Positions 18,516 to 31,706 of a stretch of 64,000 nucleotides of DNA are shown in pieces. The DNA lies in NCBI RefSeq assembly GCF_000150275.1, contig NW_002060949.1, positions 4,893,006-4,957,005 on the forward strand. The letters run 5' to 3'. Position numbers and translations under genes: made by a program. Source of the DNA: Trichoplax adhaerens (lineage: Eukaryota > Animalia > Placozoa). The notes beneath the pieces are model-generated. The model was not told the DNA's origin and did not search any database. It saw nothing but the letters and a program-made list of their open reading frames with translations. Within the stretch, counting starts at the first letter, position 1. The number at the start of each line of letters is the position of its first letter.

Positions 18516-21500
18516 ATGGAGAACCAAGAGAATCCAGGAATTATAGCAAAGAATGATAATACGAGTAACACGAAATTGAAAGACATTGTGGCTATATCAA
18601 CAACCCAGACTAGATCACGCTACGGTTGTTTATGCTTCCAACCAAATTGGTTGCAATTCTTCAATAGTCCAATCTGGTTAACCTTCATTATTGGCTTATA
18701 TCAATTTTTATATCAAGCCGTGTCTGGCTTTAAAGGTAGTACCATCTCAACATTAGAGAAAGGATTTAATTTATCAGCAACCGATATTGGTGTTATCACA
18801 ATCTTTTTCAATGTTCCCAATGCGATTTGTGGGCTCATTTTTTCCTTCTTAGCTATTCACGGTCATAAAGGAAAATGGATGACTGCAAGTTTACTCATTG
18901 TCGGTATTGGTTTATTAATCTATGCTATGCCACATTGGATTATTGGTAGTTATCAAATTTTAAATCATTTAGTCTTTGGTAACAACGACGGTAATTGCCA
19001 TCCTACGATCACCAACCATACGCTTAATAGCACGGCCATCATTAGCTGTAATCACGCCAATTCCTCCAATGGATTATATTATTTTATTTTTTCACTTGCT
19101 CAATTTATAATCGGCCTTGGTGTTTGTACCTTACGTACAATCGGTTGGTCGTATATTGACGATAGTGTAAGCCCAACATCATCGCCATTATACATTGGAT
19201 TTGTTTTAGCCATGTTCGGTTTAGGACCAGCTGCTGGCTATGTCGTTGGTGGCCTTATTGTCAACACATTTGTTTACTGGCCACGACAACCCCCTGGTTA
19301 GTATTTTTGAGCGTTAATTTACTTTTCTCCGACATCACTGCATCCGTAATCAGATTAGATTATTGAATTACTAGATAATAATATAGGGGCAATTTATTCA
19401 ATTTCTCCTTCTTTCATACTTATAATCGTCAAACTATGTACAGTAGATACGGGCAGAATACAATATCGTGATTGTGAATAAAGGTTGTTTAACCTACCTA
19501 CCTTTTCAGTATTAAAACTATAAAAGCTTAAAATTTTACTCTCTTCCTGTAGATATAATGTTCTCAATTTGTCTTACTGTTGTCTAATGGTAGAATTATG
19601 CTTTCCTAGCTAACTGAAACAATATATTAAATTCTTTAGCCGGATTGAATACTGACAGTCCACAATGGTTAGGCGCTTGGTGGCTAGGTTATGTGGCTTC
19701 AGGTATTTTACTACTTATCTTAATTATTCCTATGATAGCATTCCCTCGCTACCTACCCAATTATCAAACTTATAAAGCTGAACGAGAAAAACAAGCCGTA
19801 GGTAAATCTAAAGTCGACCGAGAATATGGACGATCATTCAAAGAATTTTGGCCAGCTACCAAGGAGTTACTTACTAATATACCATTTATGGCAACAGTAG
19901 GAAGTGTGGTTGTCCAGAGCATTATGCTGTCAGGATTATCCACCTTTATGCCCAAATATATTGAATCACAGTTTGGTTTAAGGGCTGCGGATAGCAGTGT
20001 ATATGTTGGTATCATTCTTATAATTGGATTATTTGGTGGTATGGTTATTGTAAGTACTGTAAATATTCGTAATGTAATTATATTATTGTATGTAACACTT
20101 TAAAACTAGGACTGTTTATGAAATTGACCAACATAGTACCATACACTGTATAGTACGTACTGCAGAAATTGATTATAAATATATCCTCTCCACTTAAAAC
20201 CAAAACTTTTCAAATTTCTTCCAAAAGGGTGGCGGTATCATGAATGCAAAAAAAATGGACGCACTTTCCATTGCTAAATTTACACTCATTGCCTCTATCC
20301 TTGGCGCTATTGCTGCAGCATTCTTCTTCATACCTAGATGTGACAATCCAAAAATAGCTGGAGTCTATCTATCATACGCAAATGCAAGGTTACATGTCAT
20401 TTACTTTTTCATTAAAACTATCTAAAATCTCTTTCGCTTAACTTCACTTAACGTAGCTTTCAATTTTCTAATATTACATGTGATAGCAGTGATATAACTG
20501 GTAGGCCAAATTTGGTATCCACCTGCAATCGAAATTGTCATTGTGAAATAAACACTTTCAATCCAATATGCGACATGAAGAACAAAATTACGTACTTTTC
20601 ACCTTGCCATGCTGGTTGCCAATCAAAACAACCTAGTGAAATGTATAAAGAGGTTCGAAATATCGCTGTTTATCTTACTAAAATCAACTTCATTATTAGA
20701 CCTTTGTGTTTTAATTAAGCTATAAAACTGTTTAAAGTATTATAAACAGATGCACAAAATTTATAACTGAAATTACAAATACGGGCATTCTATGATGAAT
20801 CGTATAAATGTGACAAGCTCTATTATTATTTTTAGGTGTACTATAACTGCAGTTGTATTCAAGGCTCAAGACAATTAAACGCAACGTTTGATGCTGTTAA
20901 GAACTACTGTCCTCGAAATTGTACTGTTTTTGTACCTTTCTTAGTTCTGTTGGGTATTTTAGTTTTTTTATCATATCTAAACTTAGTACCTGCAACGCAA
21001 TTAATTATAAGGTAATATTTAAATTACATCAAAGAAAGGACTAATATACCTTATTTAGTTCGTACTTCTGTACATGTATAGACTACGCTCGCGGGCTTAT
21101 TCTATTATAGGTATTGACATATTATCTGCTTTAATTAATCATGTTAACGTATTATTCACAGATGTGTTCCGGACAGCCAAAAATCTTTTGCTCTCTCTGT
21201 AGAATTTTTTTTCGTTCAACTTATTGGTACAATTCCAGGCCCATTACTTATTGGTTATTTCATTGATACATCTTGCGTACTTTGGAATGAACAATGCGGT
21301 GAAAGAAAATTTTGTTGGTTATACGATAACGCAACCATGACATATTGGATCGGTGGCTTAGCTTGTCTGTTGAAAGGTGCTGCTACCTTCTTCTCCTATG
21401 TGGCGTGGTACTACCTTAGAAAGGATGTTATGAATGATAAGACACCAATGAATATAGGTAACGGAAATATTTCATCACGTAATTTCGAGGGTAATGAAAC

Positions 21501-21576
21501 TACAAGGCTCCGTAAACTATCCGCATCTGTCATTGAGTGTGAAGAAAATGCAACCACGGCAGTAGTGGCCTCCTAA
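18516..21576 (+). CDS. OATP/SLCO family transporter, copy B (tandem paralog of copy A), 6 exons
   Basis: Same six-exon structure and motifs as copy A. ATG at 18516 (MENQEN), stop at 21574-21576. Confidence 0.95.
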
Positions 21577-23470
21577 TACAGATTTTACGACGACTCTATG
21601 GATCCTTCAACATATTATTTCCAATATTGATAATTTTTAAAGTAACAATTTATTTCTTTTACCTAATTTATGTCTAATAGCAGTATCCTAACTATAATTA
21701 ATTGAAAATTATAATTGACTAGATTTCCTAACTATACTTTTTGGGTGTAATTACTATTCTCTGCTTTAAACTTTATTTTCTCTTTTAGATCAAATTTATC
21801 AATATTAAAGCAGTAATATTATTTGCTGTATAACTATTCCGATTTCGCTAAAACAGTATTATGATCAATATTCATTTACTCATTCACTATTCTTCATATC
21901 GAAATTTTCTCATACTTTACATAAGTATTATGCAACGAATGTAAGACACTATTATCTGTTCATAGTATATAATAATTATCGTGACAGGCATTTATTTTAT
22001 TTATACTTATATAGTAATTTAAATATCATCATTTCAGAGACTTTCAAGCACTTCTGTAAAATGAGTTAATTTTATTGATCTAATTTAAGTCTGTAAATTT
22101 CTGTACTCTGAAATATTAGCGCTACCAGTAAGGTATCATTGCTGATCCATTGAAGCAATATATATGCAAACGGATATACATACTCGAAGCTACATTGAGC
22201 TGTATAAAATCATCGGACAATGCATGTTGTCTATAATTAGACTAAAGTTGCTATACCTTTGTAACTTCAGAAATATGATCGACTACATAGTCAAAGTATT
22301 CTTGTTCAGTCAATGTGGAATGCTTATACTTTCATGGTTTACGCTATGTAATTTAGCTTTTTAAACTTTATGCGATCTAAATCATATTTCATAGAAATAT
22401 TCAATAGATTCAATGCCATATTTTTAAAGTTTAAGCGGATTGCTTTTAGTTCTTGGAGTTTCATGAATGCATGCATAATGCTATTAGTCTTTAGTCCTTT
22501 AAGATTTTATTAATTACTTAAATCAGGATACAGGTGAGGCTTTAAATAGTACTTCTGGGTTAATAGTGCTAACTTGGATGTAATAAAGCTAATTCTTAGG
22601 GTCCACAATAAATTACTATCTGAATTTATAAAAGCAAATTAAGCTTTATTACAATAAAATCAAATGGTGACTGTATCTACAGCAAAATACCGGCTAGAAA
22701 AACTTCCGATCTTTTCAATGCATATACTTATAAGTTCTAGTGCATTACCTGTTAAGTATCGGTAGTAGCATTGCTGTATCATCACGCTTAATACATACAT
22801 TCACGCTTTCATGCGCCTATTACGTAATTAGAATACCATATCTTTCCGAGATACGAGCAACTAATCATATCAAACTACACAAGCATTGCATCTTACTGTA
22901 GTATGTACTGGTAATTTCGATGCTAATTAGGAAATTTTTTCAATGCTAAACTCAGGGCACTATACTTGATATCGTTATGGAAGTGAGAAAACATTTGAGG
23001 CTAGGGTAATTATGAAAATGAAATTAAAATATATGCATCTATTTTCGTATTCTAACAGTGACAACCTAAGAAATAATTTTAAGTTTATTAAATATTCCCG
23101 ACAAATAAAAACTATCGACAAGAAATTTCCAATTATCCATATCTACTGTATGTAAATAATGGATATTTTCATTCCGAAATTGTTAGTCGTTTAACATACC
23201 ACTGAATATTTACCTATAGATTTATGATCTATTATAATATATCTTATATACTACGTTTACTTATCGTAGAATATGGTAAACTGCTTTATCCATTACTGAT
23301 AGTTTAGCTTTTGATCAGAAATATGAGATAGATAAACGCCTTTCGATACCTACTATCAATAGTCTTATATATAAGAAATAAAGACAGTTGATCATGCTAT
23401 CTATTGAGACTGAAGTCTTAACAATCTAATATATAAATAGGATACGACCTCACTAGCTCGATCATAAACC

Positions 23471-26400
23471 TTAAACATTAGATTCATACTCAATATATGG
23501 ATAGTATTCCAAACTTGCTAATCCATTAACAGTAATTCTTGTCTTTGATACATCCTCATCATTAACTTTAGTCTCGGCCGAAAAATTACCTTCACTCTTC
23601 AAATTTTCATTTTCGATCGCGCTGTATTTTGCAATATCACGATTCAAAAAATACCATGCTAAGCCAGAACAGACCGTAGAAAAGATTTTCATGGTAGCTA
23701 CAGCTCCAGCTAAACTGAAAGCTAAGGCAGTATTATCATAGATCCAGCAGAACTGTCTACTTCCACAATCTTCATTCCATAGCATACACGCACTATCAAT
23801 GAAATACCCTAACAAAATTGGACCTGGAGTGCTTGCTAAGAATTGAATAAATACCCACTGAACAGCTAGAGCTAATGCACGTTGACTTTCTGGTACACAT
23901 CTAAGAAAGGTAAATCGATTATTAAATCAAATATTGCTGTTTTAACTGCATAACAATATGAATATGTATCAAATAATGATTGAGGTGATAAGCAATTGTA
24001 TATAAACGTTTTAAGAGCATATTAGTAGTTTCATTACAAAACGGTTAAATCTGTAACTAATAACAGTTTCCTATTCATTAATTAACATTCTATCAATATA
24101 TCGTCTTATTCATAGCTACTATCGCATGAAAATCGCTTTAGAGTAGCAGAACCTAACATCTTTATATATAATAATCAATATCACAATAATTTTATTTTGA
24201 CTGATAAAATTTTTACCTGATAACGATCTGAAATGATGGTATAAAGCTGCAGTAAACTAGAAAAGAGAATAGTACACCAAAAGCTATGAAAGCTGGCAAT
24301 GCTTTGCATGCACTCGGACAATAGCCAAGGATAGTTTGGCCTAAATTATCACTTTCCGCTGGTGTCGATACCACAGTTTTACTTAAACAATTGCATTCTT
24401 CGAATAACTAAAAGCCGAAAATGGTTATTTTTAAACAGCTTTAAATTATATTACTAAATCATCAATAATCATATTTATGCTTGCCAATGTAATAATAACC
24501 TACCACGCTGCCACGATTAATTCTAGTTTTTGATAGACACCCAGCATGGCATGGGGAAAAGTAAACTTTTCCTAGGTTGCGATCGCATACCGGTTTAAAG
24601 CTGACTGAGTTGCAGTGACAATTGCTATTGCAAGTAGCTGTTAAATTTGCAACCAATAGGACACTGCTATTATCAATCGAGTTGCTAATGTTCCTATCGT
24701 AAAATCGATTTGAATTAGAATTGCAGAAGCAGCTTACTATTAACTTATATAATAGTAATTCATAATCTATAGTATAAATTGTTAATAATGCTTTATAGTA
24801 TTCAGTTTAAATATTAAATTCTAAATTTATTCTTCCATGGTTAGTTTAAAAAATGATCTATAATTATCCAGTAATGCATAATAATTATATCTTCGAAGGT
24901 TATAGATGTCCAACTTACATTTTGTGATCATATGCAGCGTTAATTCCAGCAATTTCGGTACTTGGACATCGAGCAATAAGAAAACCTACTGCAGTTAAAA
25001 TACTTAAAGCGGCTGATATGCAAGCAAGCTTTGCTAGAGCTAACACTTTTAGCTCTCTTAACTTGAACACCCATCCTCCCTATTGCGTAAAACATATAAC
25101 AGTATAAATGTAAACATCAAAGCTGAATACATGTTGGAGACTCAACCATCAAATTAAAAAATCAGTTATTAATTTATTTTTAATCTATAACTAATGAATT
25201 TCTACTGATTCACGTAACCAGCTATCATCTACTGATCTTACATATTACATATATAATCTTTATTGCAATATTTCATGTCTACGTACCAAAATAACTCCTA
25301 TCAACATTCCTGCTATAACAATTACGCCAGAATATATATTTGCAGTTCCTGCCGTAATACCATATTGGGTTTCGATATATTTAGGAAAAAAGACCCCAAC
25401 GGACGCTAATACAATTAAATGACCAACCAAGCTTAAGACAGTAAATAGAAACGGTAAATTGCAAATTAATTCCTTAACGGCTGGTATGAGATCCTTGAAA
25501 CTTTTTCCATATTCTTTATCGACTCGTGATTTACCAACGGCTTGCAATATGCGTTTTTCCTTATATCGTTCATAATTAGGTAAATGGCGAGGCATCCCTA
25601 GCAGTGGGATAGCTAAAATAATGCATACAGTACCAGCAAATGCGTAACCCACCCACCAAGCACCAATCCAACTCGGACTTTCAGGTGTTAAAGTTGGATC
25701 TAGTAACCGATGAACATTCGGAAATTAAAAGAAAGTAAAATATTACCAGTAGTAGCCATTAAATTACCGCTAAATGATCGTAAAATTACAGTTATATCAA
25801 TATCGAAACAATTTATTAAATTATATTAAACTATAGTACAACATACACCTATTTCTATTTCTACTTAGAGTCAATTAATTACTTACCGGTAGTCTAAGCA
25901 ATATTATCTTGCTAATAATAATAAAATAATGGGTTTAAACTATATTAAATTTCAGGACTTTTCTATTCATTAAGAATTAAATTGGAGTTATAGGCTAATA
26001 TCATTTACACAAGGGGTAAATGATAATCGTTACATCTGATTATAATGCATGGTAGCGGTGAAGTTGTTACAACTCATGACATTCAATAATTTGGGAAAGA
26101 TTAGAAGTTAAGTTTTTACTATCATGTCTCGAATTTTCCTTCTTGCTAATTAACGTAGAAGAAATATCAAATAATAAAACTAAAACTAATTATGATAATA
26201 TTATCAGATGTTCAATATTGGATCTACTGATAAAAGTAGTATAAAAATAAGCAAAAGCTAGTAGTCAATATGATCTAAATCTTTGGAATTATTAATTATT
26301 CTTATTGAAAGTTTTTTTATATCAATTTATAAAATTCCATGTTAATTTTCGATCAAGATAAGGGTAAGTAAAATTATGGCATCAACTCTGTACTTCTTGA

Positions 26401-27470
26401 AAATATAAAATTTAATTTATTCCTTCATGCGATGGCGACTAACATCGAAACAATTTTTAACTCAAGTGTATTGAATTTTATGACCTTTAAATCAATATCT
26501 ACCTCACAAGAGAGAAAGTAAAAGGCTCTTAAATACGACTCCTTTCGAACTAATTGATATATCGTCCTATGCTGCACTATTTCTTATACGATAACTTATT
26601 CAGATATTATGTAGTCGGAAGATGGGAAAGGATAATTTATATGCTACGCAAACGATTTTATTCACCTGGTAATTTTGTCGGCCACTCGCCATATATGTTA
26701 ATGGCTACTCCACCAACTGCGAAGCCAAGAGCTGTACCAAGACCAATCATGGATAAATTGTATGCAGTATAGGCAGGAGATATGGTAGGACTAACATTTT
26801 CATCTAAGTAAGACCATCCTAAAGTTCTCATAACAGATGTACCAGCACCAATAACAATAAATCCAATTGCAAAGAGAGCAATATATAAAGATTTATTAGC
26901 TATTTGACCGCCACAAATACCGGTTACAGTAGCAGCTTTTTCAAGGCTACATAAATCTGTGGCACTGTTATTGCCACTATAAGAATCTAAGACCGAATAG
27001 GAATTGATCAAGAAATGAGGTAACATATAAATATAACATCCAAGGCCAGTCATGATAACAGTTACACCAATCCACTTGCCCTTGTGGGCATGAGCTCCTT
27101 TATGAGCAATTAAAACACCAAAGAAAGCTTGTGATACGCTAAAACAAGCTGCAAGACCACCAATATCAAAACTGGTTAAACCAAAACCTTTCTGTAATGT
27201 ACTAACGATACTAGAATCATAACCAGAAGTAATGATACTATAGGTAAGTTGGCACATACCAACCAAGAAAGCTAAAAATTTACGATGATTAAAGATTTGT
27301 AGCCAGCTTGGACGGAAGCAAAAACACCCATACTGTAGTTCTGACGAAGGATCAACTTCTTGTTGGCTATCTTCTCCGGCTACTTTAGCGGTACCTTGAT
27401 CCTCTTCCACTTGTAGATCATGACAGCTTTGTTTTTCTGCCATCTCTGTACTATGTTGATCTTCTCCCAT
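23471..27470 (-). CDS. OATP/SLCO family transporter, copy C (more divergent, inverted), 6 exons
   Basis: VSTLQKGFGL, SYLDENVSP, WIGAWWVGY, FFPKYIETQYG, Kazal-like CNSNCHC..PVC..YFSPCHAGC, IDSACMLW. Intron positions match copies A and B. C-terminus YESNV. Confidence 0.95.
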
Positions 27471-29489
27471 GTTAACAAAATAGAAATTATTGCACTCGAT
27501 GATATAATAATCCTAAACTACGACAATATTTGCACCTGTTGGGTCATCGATCATTACCACAACAAGAACAAACTAATTTAAGAAAGATGATAGGAGTTTT
27601 ATGTTTTTTAACTCTATCTTTTTAATTATTTCCCCCCTACCTTATTGTACTCAAGCCGTAGGTAGTGCCCTATTTTAAATCCGATGACCTACTGAATTAA
27701 ATAGATTCACTGCTGGATATCCAAGGTAGATCATAATAACTTTGCCAACATAATAAACTTTAATAAAGATCGAAATAGACTTGTTTTTCTTTGCATTGTT
27801 TCAATAGGCTTAGCGGAAGATTCAATATCATACAATTTATGCAGTTTTAAGCTAAATAATTGATTAATATTTTCAATCAATCCATTACTTAATTAGTATA
27901 GACCTTGTACACAATTAGCGAAATCATTGAATCTCTATTTTAAATACATAGACAAGTTATGTCAAGACAGACAGTAGTCCTACTGTGCTTCAGCTTTAAC
28001 TCTATGGAAATATTATTAGGCAAGAACAGGATTAGCTATCATGCTGTTTATGCGAGCTAGGACCCATTTTAATATCCTATTATCTTCAGCAAAGGTCACA
28101 TAAAGATTCTGCTTAATAACTACTGGCATTATTATCATTCTATCAAGACGATATGAATATACGGTCAAATTAATCGGTTAACCTTCTTCGATAATACTAC
28201 CGGTACGTCTTAAAAATGAACTTTCTTGTATTGGGCATTGCTTGTACCCTGTCTGATATATAAATTAGAACGCCTACTCATTATCACCATAACCTTTTCA
28301 ACTTGGGTATGACCTTAGATAGGATTAGGGTTAGGTAGGTCATACCTAAAGAGTTTAAAGTCTAAGTCTTGATAATCTTCGTACTTATTCATGAGAAATG
28401 TTATTATATAAAAATATAATATCTGTAGACTATAATTTTATTTTCTGAAGTACAATGGTAACGGAGTTCAAGATTCCTCGTGACCAGAGTTATAACTACA
28501 GTCATGATTAACTTTTTGTCAACTCATCTATCATAGTATAGAGGATAACAATTAAGTAGAGACAATCTTAATTCGGCTAACTAGACATGGGATAATTCTC
28601 AGTAAAGTGAAGGTCTCTTAAAAGCTTTTAGAAATTATAATTTTAAGGCTGAATGTCACACACCACTAGTGACAAAGTAGTCTACACACGCCAATCCTTG
28701 CAGAGAACGCCACTTACTAACTTAAAGAGGCGAGATTAGCTATATCACCAAATAATTCAGTTCCAACGACCGAATACTATGGTATAATTATAGCGTCACA
28801 GATAGTATAGACGAGAAAGTCAGAGATTTACTATCATTTAATACTGAAGAAATCTCGGCACCCAAAATTATAGACTTTACAATTAAATATCAATCGAAAA
28901 ACTAGTTGACGATCCAACCGACTAACTAACTAAAAAAGGGATCTTCAGGCACCATTCTTTTATAGTCTCGTCAGAAACTCCTGGTGCACATAAAATAAAA
29001 CTATCCTTTTAAAGTTACGCATCGTAACACTGAACCATATTATTTAGTCGGGATAAGGTCATGTTCATATTTCGTTGAACTTAAAATTATCTACCGTCAG
29101 ATCTTTATAAGCAATTTTATAGCAATAAGAAAGAAAAATGCCAGATTCTGAAAAGCCTCTATAGTAAACATCGCAAAAACTTAGTCAGATCGATTCTATA
29201 GAGAGTATACTGTGCAATACAGTATATCGCATCACACTTGGTTCCTGGATTTTATCAGCAATACTTTATACTTGTCTCTACACTTAATCCTACAAAGTAT
29301 CTGAAGAATGCTTATAAAACTACATTCCGCTAATGTAATCATCATTATTCGGCGGGCATAAATATCATTCGTTTTGCTATTGGCATATACAATTTATGCA
29401 CCTTTGCACTACATTATTTCTGTGCCAATAGAATTTCAATCATCATTCTCCGTAAATAGGTTAAAACTATAATCTGGCAAACAACAATT

Positions 29490-30070
29490 ATTGTCATGTA
29501 GTGAACGCAGGTGTTATTCTTTTGCTACTAGCCTATACATCTTTATATTAGATCATTTCTATATAAATAGCTTTCTCAGTCATCACTCTTCACAAATAGT
29601 CTTACACTACAACCTGTCAAAAAAAATGCAGCGAGTACAAATAAATATCATTCTTTTTTGCGCTGTAGACATGCACTACTAAATAACTATGGAGTATTTA
29701 GTATTTCATGTACAAGATTATTTCTGTGTAGACAGTTTCCTCAGTCATTACTCTTCACGAATAGTCTAAAACTACAAACTGCCAATGTTAATTATGCAGC
29801 AGGTACGAACACATATCATTCTTTTGGCTACTGCTTTACATATCTTTATATTAGATCATTTCTCTATGGTTAGTTTTCTTAATGATCACTCTTCGTAAAT
29901 AGTCTAAAACTACAAACTTTCAAAATTATTTACTGGCATGAACTACCAAATATTTATGGTGTATTTAGCAGTCTATGCCTGAAATCAATTCTGCGGGATA
30001 GCTCCTTCAGTCATAATTTCTCCCCCCCCCCCCCAAAAAAGGCCGCCAAACTATACTATAAGTCAAAAAT
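29490..30070. repeat. Degenerate tandem array (about 4 units of 130-170 bp) containing two imperfect hairpins
   Basis: TCACTCTTC..AAATAGTCT..ACTACAA recurs near 29583, 29748 and 29886. TCTTTATATTAGATCATTTCT occurs twice. Hairpins at 29669-29711 and 29935-29979. Confidence 0.7.
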
Positions 30071-31706
30071 ATGGAAGTATCAGCATACATAGAGCGCAAA
30101 TATCACGATATTGAGTTTGTATAGCATTACTACTGTATGGAATAAGGAATTAAAACTACTATCTATCTCACTATACCATTTTAATCAAAGCCACCAATAC
30201 GTAAAATTTCCCAAAGATTTATCTTGTTACGGCTAATAATGGCGACTATGTTGTTTGTCTAATTTACAACAAGCATCCAATAATGTTGCATCATAAGCAA
30301 TTAATAATAGTATCATGTAGTGCTAATGACTCCATTGTAGGTATCAAAGCTATATTGCCGATGTAATTAATTACAATATGAACTTAATTTCTGTAATAGT
30401 CGTCACGTTGATCTGTAACAGGCAATTACTTCATATTATTATTTTAAAAGCAATGCAAACTAATTAATCTATAAAAAAAAGACGAGAAATAATGATTATC
30501 CTATCGAAGAGGTGTTATCGAATCGTTGAAAATGGACTTTTAAAGAGGTACTAGCTATTCAACGTAATGCTAGAATAGAGCAAATAATAGGCTTTCTCCT
30601 AAGCTGTAGTAGATTCGTACTACTTTATCTTTTTGACAGTTCTTACAGGGTAGAAATTGTAGATATAAACTCAATATGATATTTTACAAAGATAGATCAT
30701 TAAATTATTATTTTAAAACAATTTAAAAGGTCAAGCCTTTACGGCTTAATCATGCTAGCCTAAAATTAAAAGGTAGCTACGGTGTGCTGCTTGTACACAG
30801 AAATAAATAAGGTTTAAATAAATGTAAATCAGGCTGCTATAATAAAGTTAATTAGCATAAGGAGAGCCATGTCAATGGTTGAAAATTAAAATTGAGAGGA
30901 TGGAAATCTTTTGCAAGTTACCAAGAAAAAATGGAAATATCGTGAACATATTGAATATTACAATAATATAAAGATGTGCAAAGACAATATACGGTTCCAA
31001 AAGTTGTGAAAGCACTGCTAGAACGATGGTGAAATCGATTTATACCCATATCCAATCTTGGATTCGGCAATAATTCGATTTCTAATGACTGCATTTTAGT
31101 TAATTTTTATCCTGCATCCTTTTATCAATCGTCTTTATTTAGAAGATTTTAAACGTAATGACTTACATAGGAAAAAAAAGTCAGTTGGGACATGTTGAGT
31201 AAAAATAACATCCCCGGCTTTACGATGCTTAAAAATAACAATTCAAACAACTGAATCAATATTCATAAAGTAGTGAAAGTAACAAATAAATTAATTAATA
31301 TCATACATAATTATCGAACACAATCTTGACAGTTTTGATAATACAATCAATTCATATTGGATAGCCAACAACAAGTTACTTATATACTCAGTTAAAGCAT
31401 GAACTATCTGCATAAAAATTTTAATAACATTTTTACCCCAACATTTAAGATATATTCTTATTAATCTTTTCCTTGATTATCTATGTATAAGGCCATCACA
31501 TAGTACCAAGCTATCTTACTGTGATCGCGATAAGTTGAACACAACATAAAAAGTGGATAATGGCCTACAATCTCTCGCAGATTGTTTGTAAATTTCTCTT
31601 TAAATTTTGCCAAAGTCTTTAACAGAGTTTTTCATTCCTCTAATTTACAACTTTTTCATCACTTTCAATTTCACCATGTTCACCATCATCCATACAGCCA
31701 TCTATA

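Noticed and set aside
14134-20015. Antisense ORFs inside OATP exon 2 of both copies, and similar ones opposite the Caspr, GT31 and PDZ-LIM exons
   Set aside because: Shadow ORFs of the real coding strand; their similarity simply follows the paralogy.
28306-28346. 10-bp inverted repeat around TTAGGGTTAGG
   Set aside because: Too short to call a telomeric relic or a MITE; only one copy seen.
30022-30034. Run of 13 C
   Set aside because: Isolated homopolymer with no supporting context.
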